DNA of 64,000 nucleotides from positions 115,441-179,440 of the forward strand of contig NIVC01002379.1 of NCBI GenBank assembly GCA_002269645.1, read 5' to 3'. The notes beneath the pieces were generated by a model. That model saw only the letters and a list, made by a program, of their open reading frames with translations, ran no database searches and was not told the origin of the DNA. Shown here piece by piece: positions 50,821 to 62,154 of this stretch (the stretch's first letter is position 1; each line of letters begins with the position of its first letter). This stretch comes from Macrostomum lignano (lineage: Eukaryota). The position numbers were made by a program, and so were the translations under genes.

Positions 50821-52137
50821 CAAGGGGTGTTCCGAAAGTTATGAGACTTTTTGCCCTAGCGAACGAACACAGTCACTCAGAGTCTTCAAAACTGTCACAC
50901 TTCTCGATGTAGTCCCCCTTCAAGTTGACACACTTCTTCCACCGCAGCACCAGCTTGCAAAGGCCGTCATTGAAGAAGCTTCTTAGCGTAGCCTCTATCC
51001 ACCTGTTCAGCGCATGTTTCACCTCAGTCAGACTGGTGAAATGGTGACCACGGAGTGATTTTTTCATTGGTCCAAAGAGGTGATAGTCACTGGGTGCCAA
51101 ATCTGGTGAATAGGCAGGGTGTGGAAGCAGTTCCCAGCGCAGATCGCCGACTGTTCTCACAGTGTGCATGGCAGTGTGAGGCCTAGCATTGTCGTGCTGA
51201 AGGAGTGGCCGAGAGTGCAGCTTTCCAGGCCGTTTTTCAGCAAGTTTTTGGCGAAGTGGCCCACTTAGCAGGTCAGCGTAGTAAGCAGCGTTGATAGTGC
51301 GGCCTGACTCGAGGAAATCAATGAGGATCACGCCTTCGGTGTCCCAAAAGACAGTGATCATTGTCTTCCCCAAAGACGGAGCAGCACGGGCCTTGACTGG
51401 GTGACCTTCTTCTGGCCTGCGCCACTCACGTGACTGCTCCTTGGTTTCTGGATTGTAGTATGGAAGCCAGGTCTCGTCCACAGTGATGATGTGTTGCCAG
51501 AATGCCTCGCCGTACTTCTCAACCAGAGCCAGCAGGTGCTTGCACGTGTCAGCCCGCTCGTGCTTCTGGTGGACGCCCAACAGCCGAGGCACCCATCTGG
51601 CTGACAGCTTGCTGAGCTGCAGCTTGTCTTGCAGAATTGCATGAATGCGTGCCACACCAATACCACAGAAGTCAGCGATCTCGCGAACCGTGACTCGCCT
51701 GTCCTCCATCACCATGTCGGCCACCAGCTGAATTTTTTCCTTGGAAAGTGACGTCCGTGGTCTGCCACACCTCGTGTCGTCTTCCAAGGACTCCTGGCCA
51801 GACTGGAAGCGATCCACCCACCGGTAAACAGTGGCTCGCAATTCAACATCGTCACCAAAAACAGCTTGCAGGCGGCGGGCGATTTCGGCTGGCTTTGTCC
51901 CTTCCTTCCAGAGGAAGAACATGATGGCTCTTTGGGAATTTTTAGCAGTTTGCATCTTGGCTGAAAAGGCAGCTTACAGAATTTAGCGTTGCTGGGCAGC
52001 TGATGCTTCAAACTGATTGAAAATTGATAGGAAGCACAATGATATATTGGTGTATAAGTGTGTAAAGTTTCAAAGCAATGACACGAAGCGCCTGAATTCT
52101 ATGGCAAAAAGTCTCAGAACTTTTGGAACACCCCTCG
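50821..52137 (-). mobile_element. Full-length mariner (DD34D) transposon, 1317 bp
   Basis: 35-bp TIRs C(A/G)AGGGGTGTTCC(G/A)AAAGTT(A/C)TGAGACTTTTTGCC with 3 mismatches; TA TSD at 50819-20 and 52138-39. Confidence 0.95.
50873..51955 (-). CDS. Mariner transposase, 360 aa, uninterrupted
   Basis: HTH region, WVPRLL, TVDETW, HDNARPH and YSPDLAPSD; 34 residues between the last two Asp. Confidence 0.95.
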   Translation of the reverse strand: MQTAKNSQRAIMFFLWKEGTKPAEIARRLQAVFGDDVELRATVYRWVDRFQSGQESLEDDTRCGRPRTSLSKEKIQLVADMVMEDRRVTVREIADFCGIGVARIHAILQDKLQLSKLSARWVPRLLGVHQKHERADTCKHLLALVEKYGEAFWQHIITVDETWLPYYNPETKEQSREWRRPEEGHPVKARAAPSLGKTMITVFWDTEGVILIDFLESGRTINAAYYADLLSGPLRQKLAEKRPGKLHSRPLLQHDNARPHTAMHTVRTVGDLRWELLPHPAYSPDLAPSDYHLFGPMKKSLRGHHFTSLTEVKHALNRWIEATLRSFFNDGLCKLVLRWKKCVNLKGDYIEKCDSFEDSE

Positions 52138-53739
52138 TAAATAAAATCCTTATTCTAGATCATGTTGGATGCATGGCAGAATTTATACCAGGGAGTTTTT
52201 TGTTTGTATACCTATTGTATATGTACAATTATAATAAAAAGAAAAATGATTATTATTTAATATTGGGTTTGTTAATAACTTAACATATATATTAAATGTA
52301 AGTATAATAATATTTGCAAGCTTCTAGTTTGTTTTGGTATTTTATTTTTTAAGTTTGAATTGATGCCATAATATAGTATCTTTGAGTACTAGATAGAGTA
52401 GGCCCTTTGTTTATAAAGAAGTTATTGGAGCAGTAGCTAGAGTCGTAGATAGAGCAATAAATGGGCAAAATAAAAGCAGCAATAGATATAACAGTTAGAT
52501 AAATTAGTAGATAGAGTGATAGATAGAAAAGTAGATAAGAGCTAAAGGCTAGAACATTTTTTATATCATTTCCTATCCCTTTTGGCCAGACATCATTTTC
52601 TACTATGGCATTATATTATAATACCAATTCAAAAATGCCAAGATCTTAACAATTGAGATCTTGTTTGATCCCTATTATAACACTCACAAAAATAAGTATA
52701 TTATATTGGTGTAAAATATACTTAGTTTATTTTTTTAAGAAAAGGATAAAAAAGAAAAAAAGATGACATGGGAATTAAAAGTAGTTGGATAAACATGCTA
52801 GGTCAAAAGTTTGCAAGCAAAATTGATTATAGTATATTAACTTATAGGCAAAATGCATTATAAAAATATTAAAAAATTAAGATTCAAAATGCTTTGTAAC
52901 TTTTTTATTACTTGAACAATTTTCAAAAGTAAAGTGTCTTTTTACTTAGATGAATGAAGTTTAAAAATGAAAAAAATATTTAAAAATCCTCAAAATCTTA
53001 TTAGACTGCCTGCTAGGAGCTTAATTCACTCAAATTAACTTTTTAAACTAGACTACATTAAAATTTTTATAAAGTCTACCAGGGCCTAGGCAAAGATGCA
53101 TTTGAAATGGAGTTGAAGTCTCTTTGGTAGATAAGGTTTAGTATGTCTAACTTATATGTAAATGATTTATATTTCTTTGACTAATGCTTAAAGGCAAGGT
53201 GATTTTGTATATTAGAAGATAAATGCTTGCTTTTTTTCAAATTAGATTATTATGTTATTTAGTCTTTGGATTAAATAAATGAATAAGAAGATGAAGCTTT
53301 GGCTCATCTTGTAAATTAGAAATTAAACTTTTTAGTATGTAGATAATAATTTCTTTTCTAAGATACTTTTTTATTAACCAATTTTTGTCATTAGATATAA
53401 AAATAAAAAATTGAATATGATTTCTTGGTGATCTATAATTAAATTTTGTACATTTATTTATTATCCTTGAAATTTACAATTTAAATGGCTGCAAAAATAT
53501 TTAGCTTAAAAGATTTGTCTTTGGTACAATCTAAATATTAGGGGTAAATAGACTTTGTGGGTAAATATATAATTTTTACTAATTAAAACTATGGCTGTCT
53601 TCTTACCTATACCTACAGCCATTTTTATCTAGCTTTTATCTATAGGACTACTTATTCATTCCATTAGTTTGAAGATTTAAGATGTGCAATTAGAAAATAG
53701 TTGATATATATTATACTATTTTAGTTGTGGAACCAAAAG

Positions 53740-53969
53740 TTCAGCTGCAGCTATTGCGTGGTGCATCTGAAGGCTGTGTATGGCTGTTCAGTCCAAGGAC
53801 CTGGGGGGTGGTTCACCACACACCCTAAATTACCCCAGCTAATGCTGGCACCCATTTACAGCTGAGTTAAGTGTCTGCTCAAGGGCACAAATTGTTCAGA
53901 GTGGGTCAAGAATGGAACCCCTGACCTTTCAGTTGGGAGTCTGACACTCAAACCATTAGGCTACAACCC
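53740..53969 (-). mobile_element. tRNA-derived CORE-like SINE, longer and CpG-eroded copy of 6585-6716
   Basis: Reverse complement GGGTTGTAGCCTAATGG...ACTGAAAGGTC...GCCCTTGAGCAGACACTTAACTC...GTAAATGGGTGCCAGC. Confidence 0.72.
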
Positions 53970-54074
53970 ATTCTTTAAAAGATACGTAAGTTAATGTGTC
54001 TATTGCCAAGTTTTCATAGATGATTCCCATTTTTTATTTCATGTTCTTCACGAATTCTATTGTTAAAATTTAGA

Positions 54075-54782
54075 ATGTCCGCCTCAGCCTCATCTGGCTT
54101 TTCAATGTCCTCGAGCTGGCGCAGCCTGGCAGACACGGTGCTGGCAGGTTGGCCCATAGACTACGACCTGCTGGAGCCCGACGTGCCCGCAATCAGCGAG
54201 GCGGACATCGCCAAGCGAATGTGCGGCCTGCCATTCAAACCTGTTGACGATGTTACTCGGCCAACACCGGCCGAAACTGTCCGAACTTTAAGCCGGCCGG
54301 ACCCAGAATCCGGCCGGCTTATGCAATTGCCAGCCATTCCTAGCGCCGAATCGGCGCGCTCTATGAAGCGTCAGCGCCGCGCCGAGCGCCTGCGAACAGC
54401 CGGCAAGAATTGGTTCGGCTTGCCGCGTCAGGAGACCGACGAGGCTCAAACGCAGGCTTTAGAAGTGCTTCAGATGCGACGAGCTCTGGACACGAAGACT
54501 TTCTATAAACGCAACGATCGGGACAAGCCCGCTCGCTACTATCAGGTTGGCACTTTCGAAGATCGGCCCGAGGATTATTACAGCTCCAGGACAACGCGCA
54601 AGCAGCGTCGGGCGGATGTTGTGGATGAACTTCTAGCTAGCGAAGACTTTATGAAGAAGCTCCGCGTGCGCTATAGAAAGATTCATCAGGCTCGCATTGC
54701 CGAGAGTCTGCGCAAGGCCAATAAGCTGAAACGGCTTACTAAGAAGCAGAAATCAAGGACTACTAAGGCTAAGGGCAATTGA
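54075..54782 (+). CDS. DNTTIP2: Fcf2 pre-rRNA processing protein / DNTTIP2-like, 235 aa from ATG 54075
   Basis: TAGKNWFGLP...LEVLQMRRALDTKTFYKRND...YYQVGTFED...YYSSR..RKQR...VVDELL is the Fcf2 domain; acceptor TTTAG ends at 54073. Confidence 0.88.
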   Translation: MSASASSGFSMSSSWRSLADTVLAGWPIDYDLLEPDVPAISEADIAKRMCGLPFKPVDDVTRPTPAETVRTLSRPDPESGRLMQLPAIPSAESARSMKRQRRAERLRTAGKNWFGLPRQETDEAQTQALEVLQMRRALDTKTFYKRNDRDKPARYYQVGTFEDRPEDYYSSRTTRKQRRADVVDELLASEDFMKKLRVRYRKIHQARIAESLRKANKLKRLTKKQKSRTTKAKGN

Positions 54783-54857
54783 GCATTTTAACGATATTAC
54801 GAAAGTATGAGGGGCTTATGGATTCAATTCTGTCAGTTGTAACTCTTGTTTCTTCGA

Positions 54858-55806
54858 CCTTCAGTAGGCCGCCGCTATCCCCCATGTGGTCCTTCAGTAG
54901 GCCACTGCTATCCCCCATGTGGTCCTTCAGTAGGCCGTCGCTATCCCCCATGTGGTCCGTGGTCCTTCAGTAGGGCGCTGCTGTCCCCCATGTGGTCCTT
55001 CAGTAGGCCGCTGCTGTCCCCCATGTGGTCCTTCAGTAGGGCGCTGCTGTCCCCCATGTGGTCCTTCAGTAGGCCGCTGCTGTCCCCCATGTGGTCCTTC
55101 AGTAGGCCGCTGCTGTCCCCCATGTGGTCCTTCAGTAGGGCGCTGCTGTCCCCCATGTGGTCCTTCAGTAGGCCGCTGCTGTCCCCCATGTGGTCCTTCA
55201 GTAGGGCGCTGCTGTCCCCCATGTGGTCCTTCAGTAGGGCGCTGCTGTCCCCCATGTGGTCCTTCAGTAGGCCACCGCTATCCCCCATGTGGTCCTTCAG
55301 TAGGGCGCTGCTGTCCCCCATGTGGTCCTTCAGTAGGCCGCTGCTGTCCCCCATGTGGTCCTTCAGTAGGCCACCGCTATCCCCCATGTGGTCCTTCAGT
55401 AGGCCACCGCTATCCCCCATGTGGTCCTTCAGTAGGCCACCGCTATCCCCCATGTGGTCCTTCAGTAGGCCGCTGCTGTCCCCTATGTCCTTCAATAGGC
55501 CGCCGCTACCCCCCATGTGGTCCTTCAGTAGGCCGCTGCTGTCCCCCATGTGGTCCTTCAATAGGCCGCCGCTACCCCCCATGTGGTCCTTCAGTAGGCC
55601 ACCGCTACCCCCCATGTGGTCCTTCAGTAGGCCACCGCTATCCCCCATGTGGTCCTTCAGTAGGCCGCTGCTGTCCCCTATGTCCTTCAATAGGCCGCCG
55701 CTACCCCCCATGTGGTCCTTCAGTAGGCCGCTGCTGTCCCCCATGTGGTCCTTCAATAGGCCGCCGCTACCCCCCATGTGGTCCTTCAGTAGGGCGCTGC
55801 TGTCCC
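54858..55806. repeat. 33-bp minisatellite (GGTCCTTCAGTAGGCCGCTGCTGTCCCCCATGT) x about 29
   Basis: Read directly; starts about 75 bp after the FCF2 stop. Confidence 0.97.
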
Positions 55807-58562
55807 TCATCGGCAGTGTAGCCCCTTGTTCATTTTTGGCTCAGCTGAACTACCCGCGTTCTCTCTGTACATGCACATATAGTACGCGGCCTTACTATTG
55901 GTTTGTAGATCTGGGCAAGCCGGTCACGTGACCGCCTTCAGCCAATAGCAGTAACGAAAATTTATATATAGAAAGTGCCAGAGCACTAACATCTATAAGC
56001 CTTCTACTATTACATTAATGTATTGAAGTGGTTAAAACATTGTGTACTTTTCTGCGCTAAAGTCCTCGTACTAGCTATTACTGTAAAGATCAATTTGTCC
56101 GCATCTTTCTGTCTTTTTTCTGAGCATTCAGTAAATCGAGTAGATTATACATACTCTGGAATGGCATTTGCTCCTGCGATTGACTTGTCATTGCGTGTTT
56201 GTTTTGCGTTTCATTTTTATTTCCTTATGTGCGCCTATACTTAGCTGATGTAGAGTCTATAGTTAGTTTTGCACTGTTATATAGAAATAGTTGGATAGTT
56301 TTTACTTTTCTTCTACAGTTACTGGCTTCGGACAGTTTGCTGTGATTTCGGGACTTCAAAATCCCCTGCCTTCTCTTCCCCTCCCCGCAGATGCAGCCCG
56401 CGCTCTTGACGATCTATCTAACTTCCCTTTTTTTACTCAAAGCCAAGCCAATCTTCCCCTTTCCCTCCTCTTCCATGCTTCTATCTAATTGGAAACCTCC
56501 CAAAAATATCCCCATCCCCTCTGTTCCTGTGTCACTCTCTCTCTATCTCTTTCCCGACCTTCGCTTGCTCCAGTCCCCCCCCCGATTGCCACCAAAATCT
56601 TCCCCTCTTCCTCACCTCCTCCCCGTCTCCCAAGGCCACGTCTGTCTGTCCGGCTCTCCTCACCGAGAGCATAGTTAAAGCCGAGCTTCAGCAGGCGACC
56701 GACCAACCTTCCCCGCCCTTCCACCCCATTCTTCAGCTTTCAGTCAAATAAAGCTATACCTATCCACTTCGCCTGTGTCTCACCCCCACCCCAGACACAG
56801 CAAGACCAAGATAACCACCCACAAATTTCCTGATCGGGTTCGGTGCGGCCAGGGTGGGGAGTCTTCTAGCTCAGCTTCTGCTCCTCTATCTCTCTCCCGC
56901 CTTTCCTCCTCAGCTCTCTTTTTTCTGTGGCTAACTCCGTCCCGAAACCGCCAAGCTGAGGCATTAGTTTTTCTTTCTTAGAAAGCACCGCCACGGCGCG
57001 CGCTTCCATAATTCTGCTGGGGTGAGGGATATGGATGGAGGATGGGGACGGGAGGCTGCCCTAGCTTAGCCTGTTCAGTCTCATTTTTTACTTTGCTTTT
57101 AGGTATAAGAGCTTTCTCTCTACGTTAGAGAGAAACGTATGCAACGTTGGATTAAAGAGAGTTTATGTAATCATATTTCGGCAAAAATTCAAATCATAGT
57201 CGTAGCCGATACGGGTAATTCTTTTAATGAACTTTGTTCGCTTTGGTTACTTTGTTCGCTTGCCTCGCTTAAGAGTATGGCATGGTAAATTTTGTCCGCG
57301 TTGATGATTTCTTTATCTATCTTCTCGACTCCTTAATCCAGATGGGTGGATGAGACTGCGGCTATTCTCTCCCAACCCTGTCTCTTGTCTTTGAGGAAGG
57401 GGAAAAACAGACTGCTAAGCCACACAGCTCCTCCTCTCCTCCGCCCACTGGCCAGCCGCATCACCAGATTCTCCTGAGCTGCTAATGCTGCGCGTCTCAA
57501 CTCAAGTAGCAGGGGTAGCTGGCTTAGTTCTCTTTGGTGCACATGCGAGACGGGGGGGGGCGCTGGGAATAAACGGGACTACGGGTCTTCCTCCCCAAGC
57601 CCTCCACCACACTGTTCGTCTCCCCACCCCACCCTCCTACTTTGCTCTCTTCCCTTCTCGCCTGATCTTCACAGAGTCTCCGCTACACACTCAAACTCCC
57701 TGAGCAATAATTCTGAAGCTCGCGTTTTCTCGTCCACGGCTAAAATATCCTCCTAAGTCTCCCTCTACACTATGCCTCATTGCCGCGTATTTCCCAGCCG
57801 AGGCCTTGGCCTTCCACCCTCTCCTTTTTTCTCCCATACAGCAATCTCGATCCAATACTACTGCCTCCTGCCCCACCCTTTCTCTCTCTCTTTCTCTTTA
57901 ATGTCGAGTGAACTAGCAAAAAGAGAGGCCAGGCAGCCAGAAAGAGGAAAGGAAAACGCGATGCGTCACACACACAGCACTGCAGACACGCTTTGGGAGT
58001 TGAGGTGGGCCGGTTTCGAAGGATACACAGGGGGGCTTTGGAAGCTTTGCCAAGAAAGCAAGCCCAGTCTGCCACCCACTAAGAATATGAACCGCTCTGT
58101 TTTATTGCTCAATAGTATGTAGAAACCTTGAGACAGTGGAATCAATGAGCAGCTTGAGCACATAGAGAAAGCTAACCTAATTAAATAACTTTCAAATTTT
58201 AACCTATTACCATTTATGCCAATATCCATTATCTATATAATTCTTTTGCAGCCAATTTTGTGTCGGCTGCCGATCAAGCATCGGCGCTCGAGCGCGATAA
58301 AGAAAATTACTTAAATAAGCCGCGATTAATCAGCCCAGCAAGGCAACCGCTTGAAAGCCTATCAAAGCTTGCCAAGGTGTTGATAATAGGAACAAAAGAA
58401 TAACAAAGGTCACAATTTATCCACTCTCAACTTTGTATCGGTACACTTGTTCAACTGATGCAGCCGATTAAATAGAGCGAGTAATTGGCAGGCCAGTTCG
58501 ATTGCCCCCTGCACCTTAGGCGGGCAATCAAGGCATTATTGATAATCTGGTTATCGCTAAAC

Positions 58563-61500
58563 ATGGACGGGCAGTCTTTCATGAACTTTCTTGAGCCGTC
58601 GTCTTCGCACTCTAGCGCCGGCGGCGGCGGTGTCGGCGGCACCAGCTTCTTGGAGGAGCTGACCAACGGTGACCCGGTTGCTGGGCAGCAGCCAACTGGC
58701 ATGTCTAGCGGATTTGGCCAGGCTCAGGCTATGCCGGATTATCCTGGAGCTGGCGGCGGGCCAGCTGCCTATTATCCCCAGCAGCAGCGCATGTACCCCA
58801 CTGACTCGGCCGGCTATCCATCGCCTTCGCAGTACGCCGGCTACCCTGGCGGCCCAAGCGGCTATCCGACTTCTTCACCGTCGCATCAGATGCGCTCTGC
58901 TGCTGCTGCTGGCGCCGCTGGCGCCGATCCCTGGTCAGCGTCTTCAACTGGCGGCGCCGGTGGCTATCCCGGATATCCGGGTGCGTCTGCTTCAGCTGCT
59001 GCCGCCTACGCTCAGCGAGTGTACCGATCTCCGCATCAGCAGCAGATGTACAGTCCTAGCGCCTATCACCATCAGCAGTATGCTCAACCGCAGCAGGCTG
59101 CAGCTCAACAGCAGCAAGGATATCCGGGCTATCCAGGCGGACCTTACGGTTCGCCGCATTCGCATTTAAACGCTGCCGCTCATCATATGCAATATCCTCA
59201 ACAGCCTACGTCAATGGCGTCAGTTAGGGAGCCTATGGCGCCGTTGCAAGTGCAGCAGCAGCAGCAGCTGCAACAACAACAGCAACCGCCTCAGCAGCCT
59301 ACTCAGCAACAGAGCTTGCCTAGTCCGCAGCTTATGCCCCCTCCAGCTGCCCCTCCGCCGTCATCGTCCAAAGGCGAGTCTGGTAGTAAACGAGGTAGCA
59401 GATCAAGTGCTCATCATCAACAGCAGCAGCAACAGCATCTCTTGCATCAACAGCAGCATCCGCAGCAGCTGTCTCAGCATCATCAACAGCTTCTCCAGCA
59501 TCAGCAAATGCACCAGCAGCAACAGCAGCAGATGTATCACCATCCGCAGGCGGCGGCACCGTATCCGGGTCAGATGCCGCCGCAGTCGCCTTCTCAGTTG
59601 CATCAGATGCACGTGCCGCCGCAAGCCTCAATAGCCAACACGTCAATGATGAAATCGCCTCATCACATGCAGCCAATGCCTCATCAGCATCCGCAAATGC
59701 ATCAGATGCATCCGCCACCGCCTCCGCCGCCGCCTCCTCCGCCGCCCCCGCAGCAGCAGCAACAGCATCAGCATCAAGCTCCACCTCCAGTTCCGCAGCC
59801 GCCTCCTCAACCATCGCCAATCTCTCAGCCGTTGCCACCCTGTACAGCATCGATGATTTCACAATCGATGACTGCGGATTTACCAGCAGTTCGTACCAGT
59901 ATCAGTAGCGACGTTCATAGCAGTAGCGCTATCCCAGTTGACATTGGGAATAGCGATGACGTAGTGGCTGAAGAGGCTGAAGATGATGGTGATGATGAGG
60001 AAGAAGATGATGACGAAAGCAGCAATGCGGACGCGGCCAGGCAAGAGATGAATACGCCGCCGGTGCAGTGTTCGCCAGAAGACGACGAGGAAGCATCTTC
60101 TACGGCTTTAAATCTAAACGAAAACGTGGATAATACTGCAGCGGAGATGACGGAGGCGGACAAGCAGCCTTCGCCGCGCCAGGAGCAGCAGATGGAACAG
60201 GACAACTCCGGGCCATCGGAGCCAGTGAAAGAATCCGCTGCAAGCTCAAACGAGGAGCAGATGCTGGTTGATGAAGCTTCTAGTGAAGTGATTAACGCAA
60301 AACCGGACACTGATCAGCAAGATAAAACTGAACCAAGAGTTGAGACAGAGTTGCCAAAGTCCACAGCAGATGATTCAAGTGCAACTAAGGCGGAGACTGT
60401 CTCACCAACCGTGCCAATGGAATGCGATACAGTTCCTGCTGCACCAGCTGAACCCGAGGCGGCGCAAAAATCAACTGTTGTTGAAGTGCAGGCAGCTGAG
60501 CCGGAGAGCGGGGTCAAGGATCAGCCTCCTAGTCTGTCGCCGAGTCCGCAGTACGTAGTCCCGGCAGCTGAGACTCCTCAAGTCAACAAGCCGGAGACTG
60601 GGCTAGACGATAGCTCTGCTAAGCCTGTCCAAAATGTTGCTGCTCCATCAGAAGCGTGCTCTTCTATAGTTGCCGTTTCCGTGTCAGATGCGTCAAGTAA
60701 CATTAGTACTAACTATAGTAAGCCGCCAGTGCTGTCACCGCCTCTGCCACCTCAGTTGATCACCACCTGCGCAGTCACCACTGTTGCCGTCTCATCCGCT
60801 GGCGGCCGGGCCTACCCGCCTATTCGGCCTAAGCAGAAGCAGCCAGCGTTGCCAGTCAGCGGCGTTGACGCGCCGCAATTGAAAGCGTCGACCTCATTGC
60901 CGACCTCGTCGCCGCAGATTTCGCCAACAACGCCAGCCGAAGAATCTGCGGCGGCAGCGAAGACGGCAACAACTATGCCTGGCTCTTGCGGTCCGCAGCC
61001 GCCGGTGCTCATAGCGGAGCCGCAGCATCAGTTGGGATCTATCGATGAAACTCTAGCAGACGTTTGCGGCAGCGAAGCGCCGGTTTTCGCGGCGGCGGCG
61101 CCTTCGCCACCGAAGCGAAGACGGCCCGCTGCGACAAAGCGCAAACGGGAGAGCGAATCCGCCGCTGGCGCCCCCGCGGCATCTGCGACGCCTTCGTCAA
61201 TCGCCGCGTTAGATGATTCGGCAACGGATGTCGCAGTCGCCGCCGCAGCCGCCGAGGTGGCGCCAAGCAAGCCGAAAAAATCAAAGAAGAAAAAACAACA
61301 ACCAGAAAAAGAAGCTGAAGAGAAAGCCGACGAAAGCACGACACCAGTTGCTGCGGCTTCTAAGAAGAAGTCCACTCCTAAGTCTTCAAAGTCCAAGAAG
61401 GCCACGGCAGCAGCGACTGCCGCTGATGAATCATCGGTGGCCCCGACAGAGGAGGCAGCGGCTCCAACCGAAGCGGCAACTCCGAAACGAGCCCAGCCGG

Positions 61501-62154
61501 CCAAGTCTAAAAAAAAGAAAAAGAAGACGCCGCCGTCAACTCCGACTGCTGACGCTGCGTCGGCGGTGGCCTTTGCCAACGCCCAAGGACTGGTGCCGAT
61601 CGCCCCCGCTCCGCCCAAGAGTCAGGTTTCCGCCGCCGCCGCCGCTTCAGCTCCGTCAGCGGACGTAGGCGACGCCGACAGCGCCAGCCAGCCACCGCCG
61701 GCTAAAAAGTCCAAAACGTCGGCGCCAAGCAAAAAACGAAGGTTTGTGTCTTGGGTTTTCACATTTTCATGATAGTAGGGGTGGGGGCAATTGACCCCCT
61801 TGACCCAGCTCTCGTTTGTTATAATTACTAGTTAGAAAATCCTAGAAAACTACCAGGTACTTTTATTGTTCCAGGGTTGCTGCTTGTATGCTCCTCAATA
61901 CTACTTAATATATTAGTAGTATAAAAGCATTTCACGCACTAAATCTTTCCGTCCGCAGGCCGGCACCCGTCCTGATTAAAAAGAAGCGACCGAAACGCGG
62001 CGACGAGTCAGACGACTCGGACGATGTTGATCATCGGCCCAGCAAGTCGTTTGCCGCTGCCGCCGCTGCTGCCGCCGCTGCAGCCGCTGCTGCCGCATCT
62101 GCGGCCTCCGTCTCCGCTGGAGATGCCTCGATTGATGCCGCCAGCGAGGACTCG
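58563..62154 (+). CDS. First coding exons of a very large low-complexity (Q/P/H/A, then K-rich) nuclear protein, possibly CHD6-9/Kismet; gene probably continues beyond exon 2
   Basis: Exon 58563-61741 (3179 nt), donor GTTTGT, acceptor CCGCAG, exon 61959-62154 in frame (RPAPVLIKKKRPKRGDESDD...EDS), donor GTAAGC. No folded domain is seen, so the family call is weak. Confidence 0.7.

Noticed and set aside
54846-55931. 289-361-aa repeat ORFs
   Set aside because: Products of a 33-bp stop-free minisatellite; no unique coding context.
58669-61695. Many overlapping or antisense ORFs within the large exon (also those over GAL3ST, the receptors, Tudor and mariner)
   Set aside because: Shadow frames of GC-rich, low-complexity coding sequence.
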